Shown: positions 1 to 8,989, counted from the stretch's first letter. The stretch is DNA of 38,657 nucleotides from Candidatus Moranbacteria bacterium GW2011_GWC2_37_8 (GCA_000992165.1 LBTS01000026.1:1-38657); one strand, 5' to 3'. Numbers and translations are program-made. The notes: generated from the sequence alone by a model not told the origin.

Positions 1-88
1 ACCCGTTTGCCAAGGGCCTAAACCCTTTCGACTTGCATGCCTTATCCACGCCGCCAGCGTTCATCCTGAGCTAGGATCAAACTCTCAA
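1..88 (-). rRNA. rrs: 16S rRNA, 5' end only (gene continues past the window start)
   Basis: Reverse complement of 61-85 is AGAGTTTGATCCTAGCTCAGGATGA (universal 8-27 site), continuing GAACGCTGGCGGCGTGGATAAGGCATGCAAGTCGA. Mature 5' end estimated near 88. Confidence 0.93.
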
Positions 89-435
89 TAAATAGATTTT
101 ACAAAAGCGAACTTTTGCAAATCAGGTATCATCTTTATTTAAAGAAAAGATGCAAAACTTATAAGCTCAAACAAACAACCAGTGAATCAATATTGCTATT
201 GATTCGAAGGACTAACCGCAACAAATTGCGATTAGTACTATTATTACAACTTTTTAAAGTTCACATTTTTTACTTTCCAGGGCTATACCCTGAGAGTATA
301 AAAAACACATCCTCACACACATCATTTCGATATGTATCGGGATGTATTTTTTGCATCACCCGAATTTTCAAATATTTCGTTTTTGCGTCGATGTTTCTTA
401 CGAATTTAACATCTGCTATTCCTGATTGCTTAAAC

Positions 436-464
436 AGTTTAGCAAGGTAAAAATAACTTGTCAA
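436..464 (-). promoter_or_regulatory. Candidate rRNA promoter (TTGACA-17-TAAACT)
   Basis: Minus strand reads cTTGACAagttatttttaccttgcTAAACT. Shares the CTTGTCAA(+)/TTGACAAG(-) context with the greA and infA promoters. About 340 nt upstream of the 16S 5' end. Confidence 0.35.
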
Positions 465-559
465 GTGTTTTAGCTTAAATTCTGAAATACTTTTTTATCC
501 CACTATTTTATCCCTTTAAATAGCTGTTTTTTGCCGCCTGTCAGTAAAAATAGTTTATC

Positions 560-1300
560 CTATTTATCCAAAGATGGCAAGCCAAATTTCATACTTTCGC
601 CTGAATTTAAAAATGCTCTGATATATTCAAACTCTTTCTTAGCGATTTCAACAGTGTCGCACTCACTTTCAATAATAATTGGAAGATTTTGATCAAAAAT
701 CGCTTCCATAATTTCACGCTGCCCCGTTTGAAAAAGTGGATCGTGCGATTTTTCAAACCCACTCACATGAACCTCCATGATTCTATCCCTAAAAGCATCT
801 ATCATATCATGAGCTAAATGCATAGTAGGATCATTAGTATAACAATGATTCAAATCAAGAACCATTGGTGCATCTGCCTTTTCAAAAATCTCCTGCATGC
901 TTTCCACGTATTTTCCTATTTCTTTTTTCCAATCCATATTTTCAATCAAAACAGGGAAAGTGTAGTTTTCAAAAATCGCCCATTCACCTATTTCATCAGG
1001 ATGAAAAACAATCGCATTGACTTTCACTTTAGCGCAAAACTCTTCGAAAATATCCAACGTCTGCCTGAACTTGATCATACTATTGGTATCATAGCGATCA
1101 AAGTTTGGAGCATGGATTGAAACATATCGAAATCCTGCAAAATCTTCCTGCTCCAGCTGCAAGAGTTTTGGCGCTTCGTCCATGTCCACAATTGTAAGTT
1201 CAATCGCGTTAGCGCCTATCTTCCGAAACACATCAAAAGTCTCCGGCGAAAGTCGGTCATGCGTTTTATATAAATCACCTGTTGAAAATCCTAAAATCAT
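560..1300 (-). CDS. Sugar phosphate isomerase/epimerase-like (xylose-isomerase-like TIM barrel) protein
   Basis: 246 aa ORF with ATG start. Pattern AIELT...VSIHAP...VFHP...LIEN...VLDLNH...HVSG resembles AP-endonuclease-2/xylose-isomerase-like TIM barrels. Confidence 0.55.
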   Translation of the reverse strand: MILGFSTGDLYKTHDRLSPETFDVFRKIGANAIELTIVDMDEAPKLLQLEQEDFAGFRYVSIHAPNFDRYDTNSMIKFRQTLDIFEEFCAKVKVNAIVFHPDEIGEWAIFENYTFPVLIENMDWKKEIGKYVESMQEIFEKADAPMVLDLNHCYTNDPTMHLAHDMIDAFRDRIMEVHVSGFEKSHDPLFQTGQREIMEAIFDQNLPIIIESECDTVEIAKKEFEYIRAFLNSGESMKFGLPSLDK

Positions 1301-1310
1301 AGACAGATTA

Positions 1311-1337
1311 CTAGGCTTTAGCTTTTTAGCTTCTTAG
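1311..1337. repeat. TAGCTTTT-octamer element, half copy (start-proximal arm only)
   Basis: CTAGGCTTTAGCTTTTTAGCTTCTTAG ends 10 nt from the start codon at 1300. No inverted partner; an unrelated hairpin ACTACCA/TGGTAGT lies at 1352-1377. Confidence 0.7.
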
Positions 1338-1380
1338 AAAATACATCATCCACTACCATATGAAGTAGAATGGTAGTAAA

Positions 1381-2637
1381 TTATTCTATATCAACCGCGT
1401 TTTCTTTGCAAATCTTTGCGTACTCATAAAAACTCCTGCGAGGTTTTCTTTCAAGCGTCTTATAATCAATTTCAATCAATCCAAATTTTGGTTCATATCC
1501 ATAAAGCCATTCGAGATTGTCCATCAGTGACCAAAAATTGTATCCCCTGACATCAACTCCTTCATTTATAGCCCTTTGTACAGATGCCAAATGCTCTTTA
1601 ATATATTTAATTCTGTCGTCATCATCAATTCCCGCTCTTGTTGGTGTTCCGTTTTCAGTTATATATATCGGCAACTTAAATTTTTTACTCGCCTGCTTCA
1701 ACACCTTATACATTCCCTCTGGATATGAAATCCACTTCATCACATTATTTTTATCTTCTTCAATAGTGAAACCGAAATATGTTTGATTTCTGGAATCCAT
1801 TTTCATATTCCTCCAATCAAACTTAATCTTTCCTAAACGATAATAATCAATTCCAATATAATCCTGAAAACCTCTGATTTTATTTCCCAACAAATCAATA
1901 CGATACCATTGCGCAAGCCTATTGATAGAATTGAGTAAAATCCCAAACCCTTCAGATTCATACCAATTATACAGATACGTTATTCCGACTTGTGCATCAG
2001 GTTTGATTTGATGAATTCTTTCATATGTTTTCCTGTGCGCCTTTGCAATATTATTCACAGCGCAAATAAATTTATACGGATTCATAAATCCAGGCGGAAA
2101 TGACCCAGCCAAAAAACCTTGCCCGAGAGGAACCATCGGTTCATTGAATGTTATATACATATCAATAAGGTCCCCAAGTTCTTGAGTAATTTTTTCCGCA
2201 TAGCGCACAAAAACCTCTGCAGAATCTTTTTTATGAAGTCCGTATTTTTCCTGAAACCAACTTGGACTAGTCCAATGCCAGAGAGTCACCTGCGTTTTTA
2301 TGTTTCGTTTTTTCAAATCTTGCAAAATCGCGCGATAATGTTCAATAGCTTCCTGATCAAATTTTCCTTCTTCAGGTTCTACTCGCGCCCATTCTATTCC
2401 AAGCCGAAAAGCACCACAACCAAGTTCACTGAGCAATTCATGATCACTTTCATATCTATTCCAATAATCGCAAGCTATGCCTGATTCATTATCTGCCTTG
2501 CCCTCCTTCTCCCATTGCCACCAATCAGAATTAGAATTTCCACCCTCAACTTGATAAGCCGAAGTTGCCACCCCCCACAAAAACCCCGAAGGAAAAAGCA
2601 ACTTATTTTTTCTATTTTCACTTTTATTAATTTCCAT
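1381..2637 (-). CDS. Glycoside hydrolase family 1 beta-glucosidase
   Basis: 418 aa. FLWGVATSAYQVEGG N-terminus, acid/base motif TFNEP, nucleophile motif ITENG. Confidence 0.9.
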   Translation of the reverse strand: MEINKSENRKNKLLFPSGFLWGVATSAYQVEGGNSNSDWWQWEKEGKADNESGIACDYWNRYESDHELLSELGCGAFRLGIEWARVEPEEGKFDQEAIEHYRAILQDLKKRNIKTQVTLWHWTSPSWFQEKYGLHKKDSAEVFVRYAEKITQELGDLIDMYITFNEPMVPLGQGFLAGSFPPGFMNPYKFICAVNNIAKAHRKTYERIHQIKPDAQVGITYLYNWYESEGFGILLNSINRLAQWYRIDLLGNKIRGFQDYIGIDYYRLGKIKFDWRNMKMDSRNQTYFGFTIEEDKNNVMKWISYPEGMYKVLKQASKKFKLPIYITENGTPTRAGIDDDDRIKYIKEHLASVQRAINEGVDVRGYNFWSLMDNLEWLYGYEPKFGLIEIDYKTLERKPRRSFYEYAKICKENAVDIE

Positions 2638-2731
2638 TTCTATTTTATTTATACTTAAATTTAGAATCGGCGGCTTTTCCTATGGAGCAAGCTCTTTTGG
2701 AAATTGAAGTTTTTTCATAGTATTTTTCTTT

Positions 2732-3562
2732 TTATTTTAACAATTTTTTATCCTGCGGACTTTTCAAATAATTATATTTACTAACAACTGATTTCCCCAA
2801 TCTCTTTTCCAGATTTTTTCTAGCGCCTCCTGCGATATCGCCACCAGCTTTGGCATCAGCCTTGAGCTTAGCGGTTCCTTTTGAATCTTCAACGCGATGA
2901 ATTTCTGTCTTTGACCGCTCTCCAAGCATCGTGAAAATCAATTCGAAGTCGTCCATGTGGTCGCGCAAATTTTCTCTCTTCAATCCTTTGAATTTTTTGT
3001 ATTCATCTGGCGTGACACCAAAAGTCGCCTTGGAAATCTCCGCTGTCAAAATTTCATAGTCTCTTTGCTCGCGTGCTCCACGCTTTTGCCACTCATCAGT
3101 CAGCTCCTCGCGAATTGCAATCCCGCGCATTCGCTTTCCAATCCAATCATCAGAATATCCTTTTGCTTTATACAAAAATCTTGTTCTCTTTGTTGCCAAC
3201 TCTGGATTTTCAATTTCCTGCACTCTTTCAAATCCAGTTTTTGCCAGCCATCGCTTGATAGGTTCAGCCTTTGGTGATGGAATTGATTGTATAATGCGAA
3301 ATAATTGTTCAACATTGCCGGCAAGTGTTTTTCTTTTTTTACCAGATTCAGTCTCCATTTCTACCTGGGGACAATTTGTCCCTATGTACAATCCAACTTC
3401 AATATCTCTCTTTCGTAATTTTTTCAGATAATCTGTAGCATTTTTTGAATCTGTCAAAGACTCAACAATGTCCACAACTGAAAAATACCACTCGTTCTTA
3501 TGAATTTGTTTTCTAATTTTTTTGTCTTGAAACAGCACGATTTTTGTTATTTTTTCATCCAT
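2732..3562 (-). CDS. Bro-N / DinD-like (DNA-damage-inducible protein D-like) protein
   Basis: 276 aa. N-terminus KIVLFQDKKIRKQIHKNEWYFSVVDIVESLT resembles the Bro-N/KilA-N fold. Charged C-terminal half resembles DinD-type proteins. Confidence 0.55.
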   Translation of the reverse strand: MDEKITKIVLFQDKKIRKQIHKNEWYFSVVDIVESLTDSKNATDYLKKLRKRDIEVGLYIGTNCPQVEMETESGKKRKTLAGNVEQLFRIIQSIPSPKAEPIKRWLAKTGFERVQEIENPELATKRTRFLYKAKGYSDDWIGKRMRGIAIREELTDEWQKRGAREQRDYEILTAEISKATFGVTPDEYKKFKGLKRENLRDHMDDFELIFTMLGERSKTEIHRVEDSKGTAKLKADAKAGGDIAGGARKNLEKRLGKSVVSKYNYLKSPQDKKLLK

Positions 3563-3634
3563 TTTTTCGTTTTAAATTGTTACAGTGATATCATAACACT
3601 ATAACAAAAACGTATCAACCAAAACTGTGTATAA

Positions 3635-4051
3635 CTACAAAACCATTTCAATAAATTCCCTACTGGACGGCAAGAATTCGAAATTATCCAAGTCATTTTC
3701 ATTTGCCCATTTCAAATCATTAATCTTCTTGTCATTCAAATGAAGTTTACCATCAATCAGTTTACAACAATAGCAAAGCACAATGGTGTGTTGATGTTTG
3801 TCAGCATACTCCCAAACCTTGGAAATTGTCTTTGGCAAAAGATTTACAATCTGCACATTCAATCCTGTTTCCTCCAGAATTTCCCTAACAAGCGTTTCCT
3901 CAAGACTTTCTCCAAATTCATTCTTTCCTCCTGGCAAATCCCATTTCAAATGCACCTCCGGAAGTTCCTCTTCGAAACGCTGACTGATCAGGATCTCGCC
4001 GTTATCATTCTCAACAATCCCAAGTACAACAAGTTTAGATGTCAATTTCAT
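3635..4051 (-). CDS. NUDIX hydrolase
   Basis: Nudix box GGKNEFGESLEETLVREILEETGL. The ATG at 4051 forms an ATGA overlap with the upstream stop. The longer track ORF starts at a GTG (4072). Confidence 0.85.
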   Translation of the reverse strand: MKLTSKLVVLGIVENDNGEILISQRFEEELPEVHLKWDLPGGKNEFGESLEETLVREILEETGLNVQIVNLLPKTISKVWEYADKHQHTIVLCYCCKLIDGKLHLNDKKINDLKWANENDLDNFEFLPSSREFIEMVL

Positions 4052-4707
4052 AGATTTATATATTTTTCCCACAATTTTTTAACAGCTTCATCATGATTTT
4101 CTGGTTGTACTCTTAATATCCTTAATCTTTCCAGATATAAATCATGATATTCTTCAAAACTGATCTTCTTGTCAATAAATAACATATCGTACTTTAAAAT
4201 ATTGTTTTCTTTTTCCTGTATTAATTCTACTTTTGCATATCTTTGTGCATTTTGCGAAAAATCAAACGGGATACAATTAACTTCATCATTAAAAACATTG
4301 GCTGCCAATGTTTTAATTCTACTGTAACGAGTAAATTCAAATATTAAATTTATCTTTTCAAATTCAATATTTTCTTTTTCAATGATCTCTTTTGCAAAAA
4401 TTAAGTTTTCCAAAGTAGAAATAGATTTGCTTTCTGCAACCAATTTCCAATCTCCCGTGAATTCCTTGCACTGCTTTCTATTCATCAATATATCAAAAAG
4501 CCTAATCATCTCTTCTGCTTCCGTGCGTTCATACGGCTCAAGCATGTCTGTTTTTCCTCCGCAAAATATTATCACTGGAGCAATTTTTTCTTTTGCTGAA
4601 ATATCAAAAATAGCATTAAAGGCCATTTTCAAATAGATATTATAGTTTTCATCTTTTATAATATCTCTAGGAATTCCATAACCTGAGATAACAAATATAT
4701 TGTTCAT
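4048..4707 (-). CDS. DUF218/YdcF-like protein
   Basis: 219 aa. FCGGKT...RTEAEEM...AESKSISTLENLIFAKE matches the sGG...sEA..M...E..S.nT.eN pattern of DUF218. Confidence 0.55.
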   Translation of the reverse strand: MNNIFVISGYGIPRDIIKDENYNIYLKMAFNAIFDISAKEKIAPVIIFCGGKTDMLEPYERTEAEEMIRLFDILMNRKQCKEFTGDWKLVAESKSISTLENLIFAKEIIEKENIEFEKINLIFEFTRYSRIKTLAANVFNDEVNCIPFDFSQNAQRYAKVELIQEKENNILKYDMLFIDKKISFEEYHDLYLERLRILRVQPENHDEAVKKLWEKYINL

Positions 4708-4709
4708 AT

Positions 4710-5105
4710 TTATATCAAAATCAAATCCTTATACTTCTCATCATTTTCAGTGGTATATTCCACAACCTCCAACATAATTTTATCTTCCATATTTTTCGGC
4801 AAAGCTATAATCTGAAAATTCTTCGGCCCCACTCGCATGGCAAATTTCAAATCAGTAACAAAATCATATTTCAAGTATTTGGTCACGAATTTATCCGTAA
4901 AACCGATATGGAATTTTGTAGGTTTCGGTGCCATGGCATGCAAAACAACAATCTTATCCCAAGACTGAATCACAGCTTCATTATATTCCTCATCTTTCTC
5001 CGGATTGATTGGCATAGCCTTTTTATTCCCAGCAACATACACGCTGGCAATTTCCGGCCAATTCTTATCTCCAATCAGATTGTTTTCCAACTTAAAATTT
5101 TTCAT
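4710..5105 (-). CDS. Hypothetical protein
   Basis: 131 aa ORF with ATG start, 2 nt after the downstream gene start, co-directional and tightly packed. No motif recognised. Confidence 0.6.
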   Translation of the reverse strand: MKNFKLENNLIGDKNWPEIASVYVAGNKKAMPINPEKDEEYNEAVIQSWDKIVVLHAMAPKPTKFHIGFTDKFVTKYLKYDFVTDLKFAMRVGPKNFQIIALPKNMEDKIMLEVVEYTTENDEKYKDLILI

Positions 5106-5114
5106 AGCATTTTA

Positions 5115-5144
5115 TCATTCTGGGCTTGATCCGGAATTTCCTGA
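5115..5144. repeat. REP/MITE-like palindromic unit (degenerate GTCATTCC...GGAAT family member)
   Basis: TCATTCTGGGCTTGATCCGGAATTTCCTGA. Compare GTCATTCCGGACTTGATCCGGAATCCAGGA at 11811. Fills the 5106-5147 intercistronic gap. Confidence 0.6.
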
Positions 5145-5147
5145 TAA

Positions 5148-5720
5148 TTAAACTATTTCAAACCATTTCTTTAACATTTCATATTGAGGTCTCATTATCT
5201 CTCTCTCCTCTTCAAAAAATATTTTATCTTGAAAATCACGCTGGATTTTTCCACTAAACTTTTTCATCAATTCAGCAAAAGGTTTTTTACTTATATATGC
5301 CATCCAAACATAATGCGCGGTGGTGAAATGAGCCATGGCATCGGCAGTTGCCACGATTTTCTGCTCAAGTGTTTCAGGCAAATAGCTTTTCACCCTATGC
5401 GTCAAAATCACATCCCTAACTTTAGCTGCGATTTCTTCTGAATATCCTCTTTCAAACAAAATTTTGTATGCCTTTTCTGAGCCGACAGTGTCATGATTTT
5501 CAATATCGTCAAATTGACCAATGTCATGCAAAACAGCAGCCAGCCACACAATTTCCAAATCGGCTTCATATTTAACCGCAAGTTTCTTTGCAATATCGAT
5601 AACTGGCTTCAAATGCACATTCCAAAACGACATCAGATTATCGTCAAAATTTTCGAAATACAATCTTTTAATCTCATCTTCAAATTGTTGGGTTTTCTCT
5701 TGATCCATATTTTTTTGCAT
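5148..5720 (-). CDS. HD-domain phosphohydrolase (about 190 aa, YqeK-size)
   Basis: AAVLHDIGQ HD motif plus ATADAMAHF. Clear paralog of 12834-13415. Lies 42 nt downstream of serS. Confidence 0.8.
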   Translation of the reverse strand: MQKNMDQEKTQQFEDEIKRLYFENFDDNLMSFWNVHLKPVIDIAKKLAVKYEADLEIVWLAAVLHDIGQFDDIENHDTVGSEKAYKILFERGYSEEIAAKVRDVILTHRVKSYLPETLEQKIVATADAMAHFTTAHYVWMAYISKKPFAELMKKFSGKIQRDFQDKIFFEEEREIMRPQYEMLKKWFEIV

Positions 5721-5762
5721 TTATACATTATACAAAATACAAGATATACATTATACTTTCAG

Positions 5763-7049
5763 CTATTTTTTAGAAATAGTTGAAATCCCTCCCGGCATGT
5801 ATTTCCTCAAAGCTTCCGGAATCACCACTGATCCGTCGGCTTGTTGGAAGTTTTCTAGGATTGCAATGAATGGCCGCGGTGAAGGAAGCACGGTGTTGTT
5901 CAGCATGAAGACATGTTTCTTTTCTCCATTAGCGTCGACATATTTCACATTAAGTCTTCTTGCTTGCCAATCCAAAAAGTTTGAAGCTGATCCTGTTTCG
6001 CCGTAACCGTCACGAGAAGGCATCCAGGCTTCAATATCATAAGCCCTATACTTTCCTGCACTCATGTCGCCTGAACAAATCTTCAATACGCGGTATGGAA
6101 GTCCCAACTCTGCGTGAATTTCTTTAGAAATTTCCAGCATAGCATCATGCATCTTGATAGATTTTTCCGTGTCAGCCTCCATCAAAACCACTTGCTCAAC
6201 TTTCATAAATTCATGTACGCGATAAAGGCCTTTGGTGTCTTTCCCATAAGATCCAATTTCGCTTCGATAACACTGTGAATATCCACAAAGCTTAATTGGC
6301 AATTGTTCAGCCTTTAAAGTTTCATCCGCAAAATATGCGCAAAGCGGCGCTTCAGCAGTTCCAACCAGGAATTTTTTCTCTTTGCTATCTTTTCCGTCAG
6401 CTTCCTTGTCTCCGCTTGCAACTTCATAAACCTCATCAACTGCGCTGTCATATTCCAAGCCTTTGAAATATCCTGTTCCAAAAAGTGCAGCGCCTTTCAC
6501 AAGAGTCGGAGGAATCATCGGAGAATATCCTTTTTCAATCATCTTATTCACAGCGTACATCATCAGTGCCATCATCAAACTCACACCTTCATTTTTCACA
6601 TAATATCCGCGGAATCCTGCAACCTTAGTTCCTTTTTCCAAATCCAAAATATCCAAATCTTTTCCGATTTGAATATGATCCTTGATTGCAAAATCGAATT
6701 TCGGAATTTCTCCACTTCTATCAATTTCAATATTGTCTTCATCTGATTTTCCAATTGGAGTATCGGCGGAAATAATATTCGGAACTTTCACCATCAATTC
6801 TTCAAATTTCTGTTTGATGATTTTATATTGAGGTTCTTTGTTTTCAAGTTTCAATTTAATATCTTTTCCTTTCTCGATAATTTCTTTTCTCTCTTCGTCA
6901 ATTGCGAGCAATTGCTCAATTTCTTGAAGCAAGTTTATTCTTTCCTTGTCTACTTCTAAAAGCTCATCCAGATTCAAACTGATATTTTTTTTCTCAATTG
7001 CGTCTTTAATTTTTTCCTGATTCTCACGAATGAATTTTATATCTAACAT
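5763..7049 (-). CDS. serS: Seryl-tRNA synthetase
   Basis: 428 aa. MLDIKFIRENQEKI coiled-coil N-terminal arm and class II core (YRVHEF, GSASN, NNTVLPSPR). Confidence 0.95.
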   Translation of the reverse strand: MLDIKFIRENQEKIKDAIEKKNISLNLDELLEVDKERINLLQEIEQLLAIDEERKEIIEKGKDIKLKLENKEPQYKIIKQKFEELMVKVPNIISADTPIGKSDEDNIEIDRSGEIPKFDFAIKDHIQIGKDLDILDLEKGTKVAGFRGYYVKNEGVSLMMALMMYAVNKMIEKGYSPMIPPTLVKGAALFGTGYFKGLEYDSAVDEVYEVASGDKEADGKDSKEKKFLVGTAEAPLCAYFADETLKAEQLPIKLCGYSQCYRSEIGSYGKDTKGLYRVHEFMKVEQVVLMEADTEKSIKMHDAMLEISKEIHAELGLPYRVLKICSGDMSAGKYRAYDIEAWMPSRDGYGETGSASNFLDWQARRLNVKYVDANGEKKHVFMLNNTVLPSPRPFIAILENFQQADGSVVIPEALRKYMPGGISTISKK

Positions 7050-7175
7050 CTTGGTTATAGAAAATTTAATCTTTAATAGCTTGAATTAATATATCAATTT
7101 TATCCCTATTTCAAGCTTAAAGCAAGCCACAACGCACCCATATTACATATCTTAAAGCATTATTTTCCATATGCC

Positions 7176-7204
7176 TTGACTTTTAAGCCAAAAGGATGTA
7201 TAAT
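7176..7204 (+). promoter_or_regulatory. Sigma70-type promoter TTGACT-17-TATAAT
   Basis: -35 TTGACT at 7176-7181, 17 nt spacer, -10 TATAAT at 7199-7204. 35 nt upstream of the mini-ORF start. Confidence 0.6.
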
Positions 7205-7239
7205 AATAGAAAGTATCTACACCATAAAAGGAGCCCACC

Positions 7240-7383
7240 ATGCCATATCCAACTGAGACAATTAACCAGGAGGAACTTAAAGCAGCAATCGATAAGGAAA
7301 AACGTCGTCTCGCTACAGATAAAATCCTTCCCAGAAAAACATCTTCGGAATCATCCGATGTGTCCGACTCCCAATCTTCGTGA
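7240..7383 (+). CDS. 47-codon Ser-rich mini-ORF (possible leader peptide)
   Basis: AAGGAG at 7228-7233, 6 nt before the ATG. Product is MPYPTETINQEELKAAIDKEKRRLATDKILPRKTSSESSDVSDSQSS. The last codons form the 5' arm of the terminator. Not in the ORF track (under 60 aa). Confidence 0.4.
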   Translation: MPYPTETINQEELKAAIDKEKRRLATDKILPRKTSSESSDVSDSQSS

Positions 7384-7400
7384 TTGGGAGTTTCTTTTTT
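7367..7400 (+). terminator. Intrinsic terminator overlapping the mini-ORF stop codon
   Basis: ACTCCCAATC (7367-7376), loop TTCGT, GATTGGGAGT (7382-7391), then TTCTTTTTT. Confidence 0.75.
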
Positions 7401-7461
7401 AAAATCCTCTGGAATCTAAATTGTTTTTGGAGTATAATATAGAAAAAGAAACACAAAAATT

Positions 7462-8943
7462 ATGTCATTTTTTGAATCACACCCTTTTCTTGCTCCGCAT
7501 GAAATTCCAAATTCCAAACCTATTGAAAAAGCTTCGGAAAAAGAAGCTTCTCTTAATGCAGTTAAGATTGAAAAAGAAAATCCCACTGAAAAAACAGCGG
7601 CAGTTTTTCAGCCTTTCGACAGAAGAATAAACGCCGCAAAATTCAATGCGTCTGGATTTGCCAAATATATAGAAATATTACCAGAACCAGGAGAAGAAAA
7701 TGCCGCAAAAACAAATGTAATTTCAGCCAAACAACTACCGCTAAGATCTTTTGAAATACAAAATCATACAACTGATTTCAAAAATCATCCCGCCATCAAA
7801 GAAAGTGAGAAACTATACGAAGCTCATATTGCAAGAGAAAAAGCCGAAAAGAATTTGAAACTTTTCAAGTCCAGGGACATTGATGAGATAATTTCTTTTT
7901 TAAATAACACTGAAAATGAAGATTTGGAATTTCAAAAAGAAATTAAACAAACAAAAACAAACTATGCAGAACAACTTGCTTCAGCAACTTTCCTTGATTC
8001 TAAAGATTGGAAAATACTAACAGGACTCAGACTTTTCAATATGGAAACTTTTGAGCATTCTATAGGAACATACCTGATAGCGAAAAATAAGATTAAGGAA
8101 CGGCTGACTGAAATCGGCATCGAAATTCAGCATGAAGGCGTACGATTAGAACAATTCTATAGAGCCTGTCTTTTTCATGACATAGGTAAAATGGCAATTC
8201 CTGATTTCGTACTAAGTAAAAAGGCAACCAATCTTGATTGGGTTACTGGCTTTATGACGCTAGACGAAGAAGAACGGGTTGCAATTTTAGTCGAAAAAGA
8301 TCTTCCAATTCCTAATGATATTATTTACGGTACACCTCAGGACATGACGAATTATCTTGAAAAAGAAAGAATCAGGGCTATAGATTTCGTACCAGCCAAG
8401 ACATTATTTAATCCTGAAGAAGTGCATGTATTGAAAGATATCTATCCGGAAATGGCAGAGAATGATTCATTAAAGTCATTCTTACGTATTCATGAAAAAA
8501 AATCAGAGGAAATACTCCAAGGACTTGGGTTTATACTTGAAGCATTTCTCGCCGGAAACCACCATAATTACAAGCATGCTGATAAAAAATTAGGAGAAAA
8601 ACCTGCAACATTATCAGCTTTACATATCAGCATTGAAATCGCATCAACAATTCTGCACTTGGCAGATATTCAGCAAGCACTAGACAGTAACAGATCATAT
8701 CACAGCAAACATAACACATTGAGAATAATGGCTTTTCTTGTTGATGACGCAAAAAACGAAATTATTGATTCAAAATTAACAGCTCGCTGGATTAAAGATG
8801 AAATGTTAAAGATAACACCGGAAGAATTAAATGAAATCAGAAATATGCATTCGACCAACACCAATGACAAGGATTTAAAAATGCGACACGAAGACCTTAT
8901 GGCAATTGAAAATTTCCTTGAGAAAAATTTGCAGCAGCTATAA
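7462..8943 (+). CDS. HD-superfamily protein (degenerate HD-GYP-like) with an unknown N-terminal half
   Basis: 493 aa. LFHDIGKMAIPD (the HDxGK form typical of HD-GYP), later AGNHHNYKH. The first ~200 aa have no recognisable motif. Confidence 0.6.
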   Translation: MSFFESHPFLAPHEIPNSKPIEKASEKEASLNAVKIEKENPTEKTAAVFQPFDRRINAAKFNASGFAKYIEILPEPGEENAAKTNVISAKQLPLRSFEIQNHTTDFKNHPAIKESEKLYEAHIAREKAEKNLKLFKSRDIDEIISFLNNTENEDLEFQKEIKQTKTNYAEQLASATFLDSKDWKILTGLRLFNMETFEHSIGTYLIAKNKIKERLTEIGIEIQHEGVRLEQFYRACLFHDIGKMAIPDFVLSKKATNLDWVTGFMTLDEEERVAILVEKDLPIPNDIIYGTPQDMTNYLEKERIRAIDFVPAKTLFNPEEVHVLKDIYPEMAENDSLKSFLRIHEKKSEEILQGLGFILEAFLAGNHHNYKHADKKLGEKPATLSALHISIEIASTILHLADIQQALDSNRSYHSKHNTLRIMAFLVDDAKNEIIDSKLTARWIKDEMLKITPEELNEIRNMHSTNTNDKDLKMRHEDLMAIENFLEKNLQQL

Positions 8944-8989
8944 TTCAGGTTTGCAAATTCCGCAAATTCAAATTTATTTATATATACAA

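Noticed and set aside
495-569. DnaA-box cluster / oriC
   Set aside because: The boxes are TTATCC(C/T/A) rather than TTATCCACA. No dnaA or dnaN is nearby. Gene orientation (all minus on the right side) is opposite to what an origin here would give.
7196-7630. Track ORFs 7196-7402 (+) and 7421-7630 (+)
   Set aside because: The first starts inside the -10 box and reads through the terminator. The alternative 47-codon frame at 7240 has a proper SD. The second is out of frame with, and overlaps, the 493 aa HD gene.
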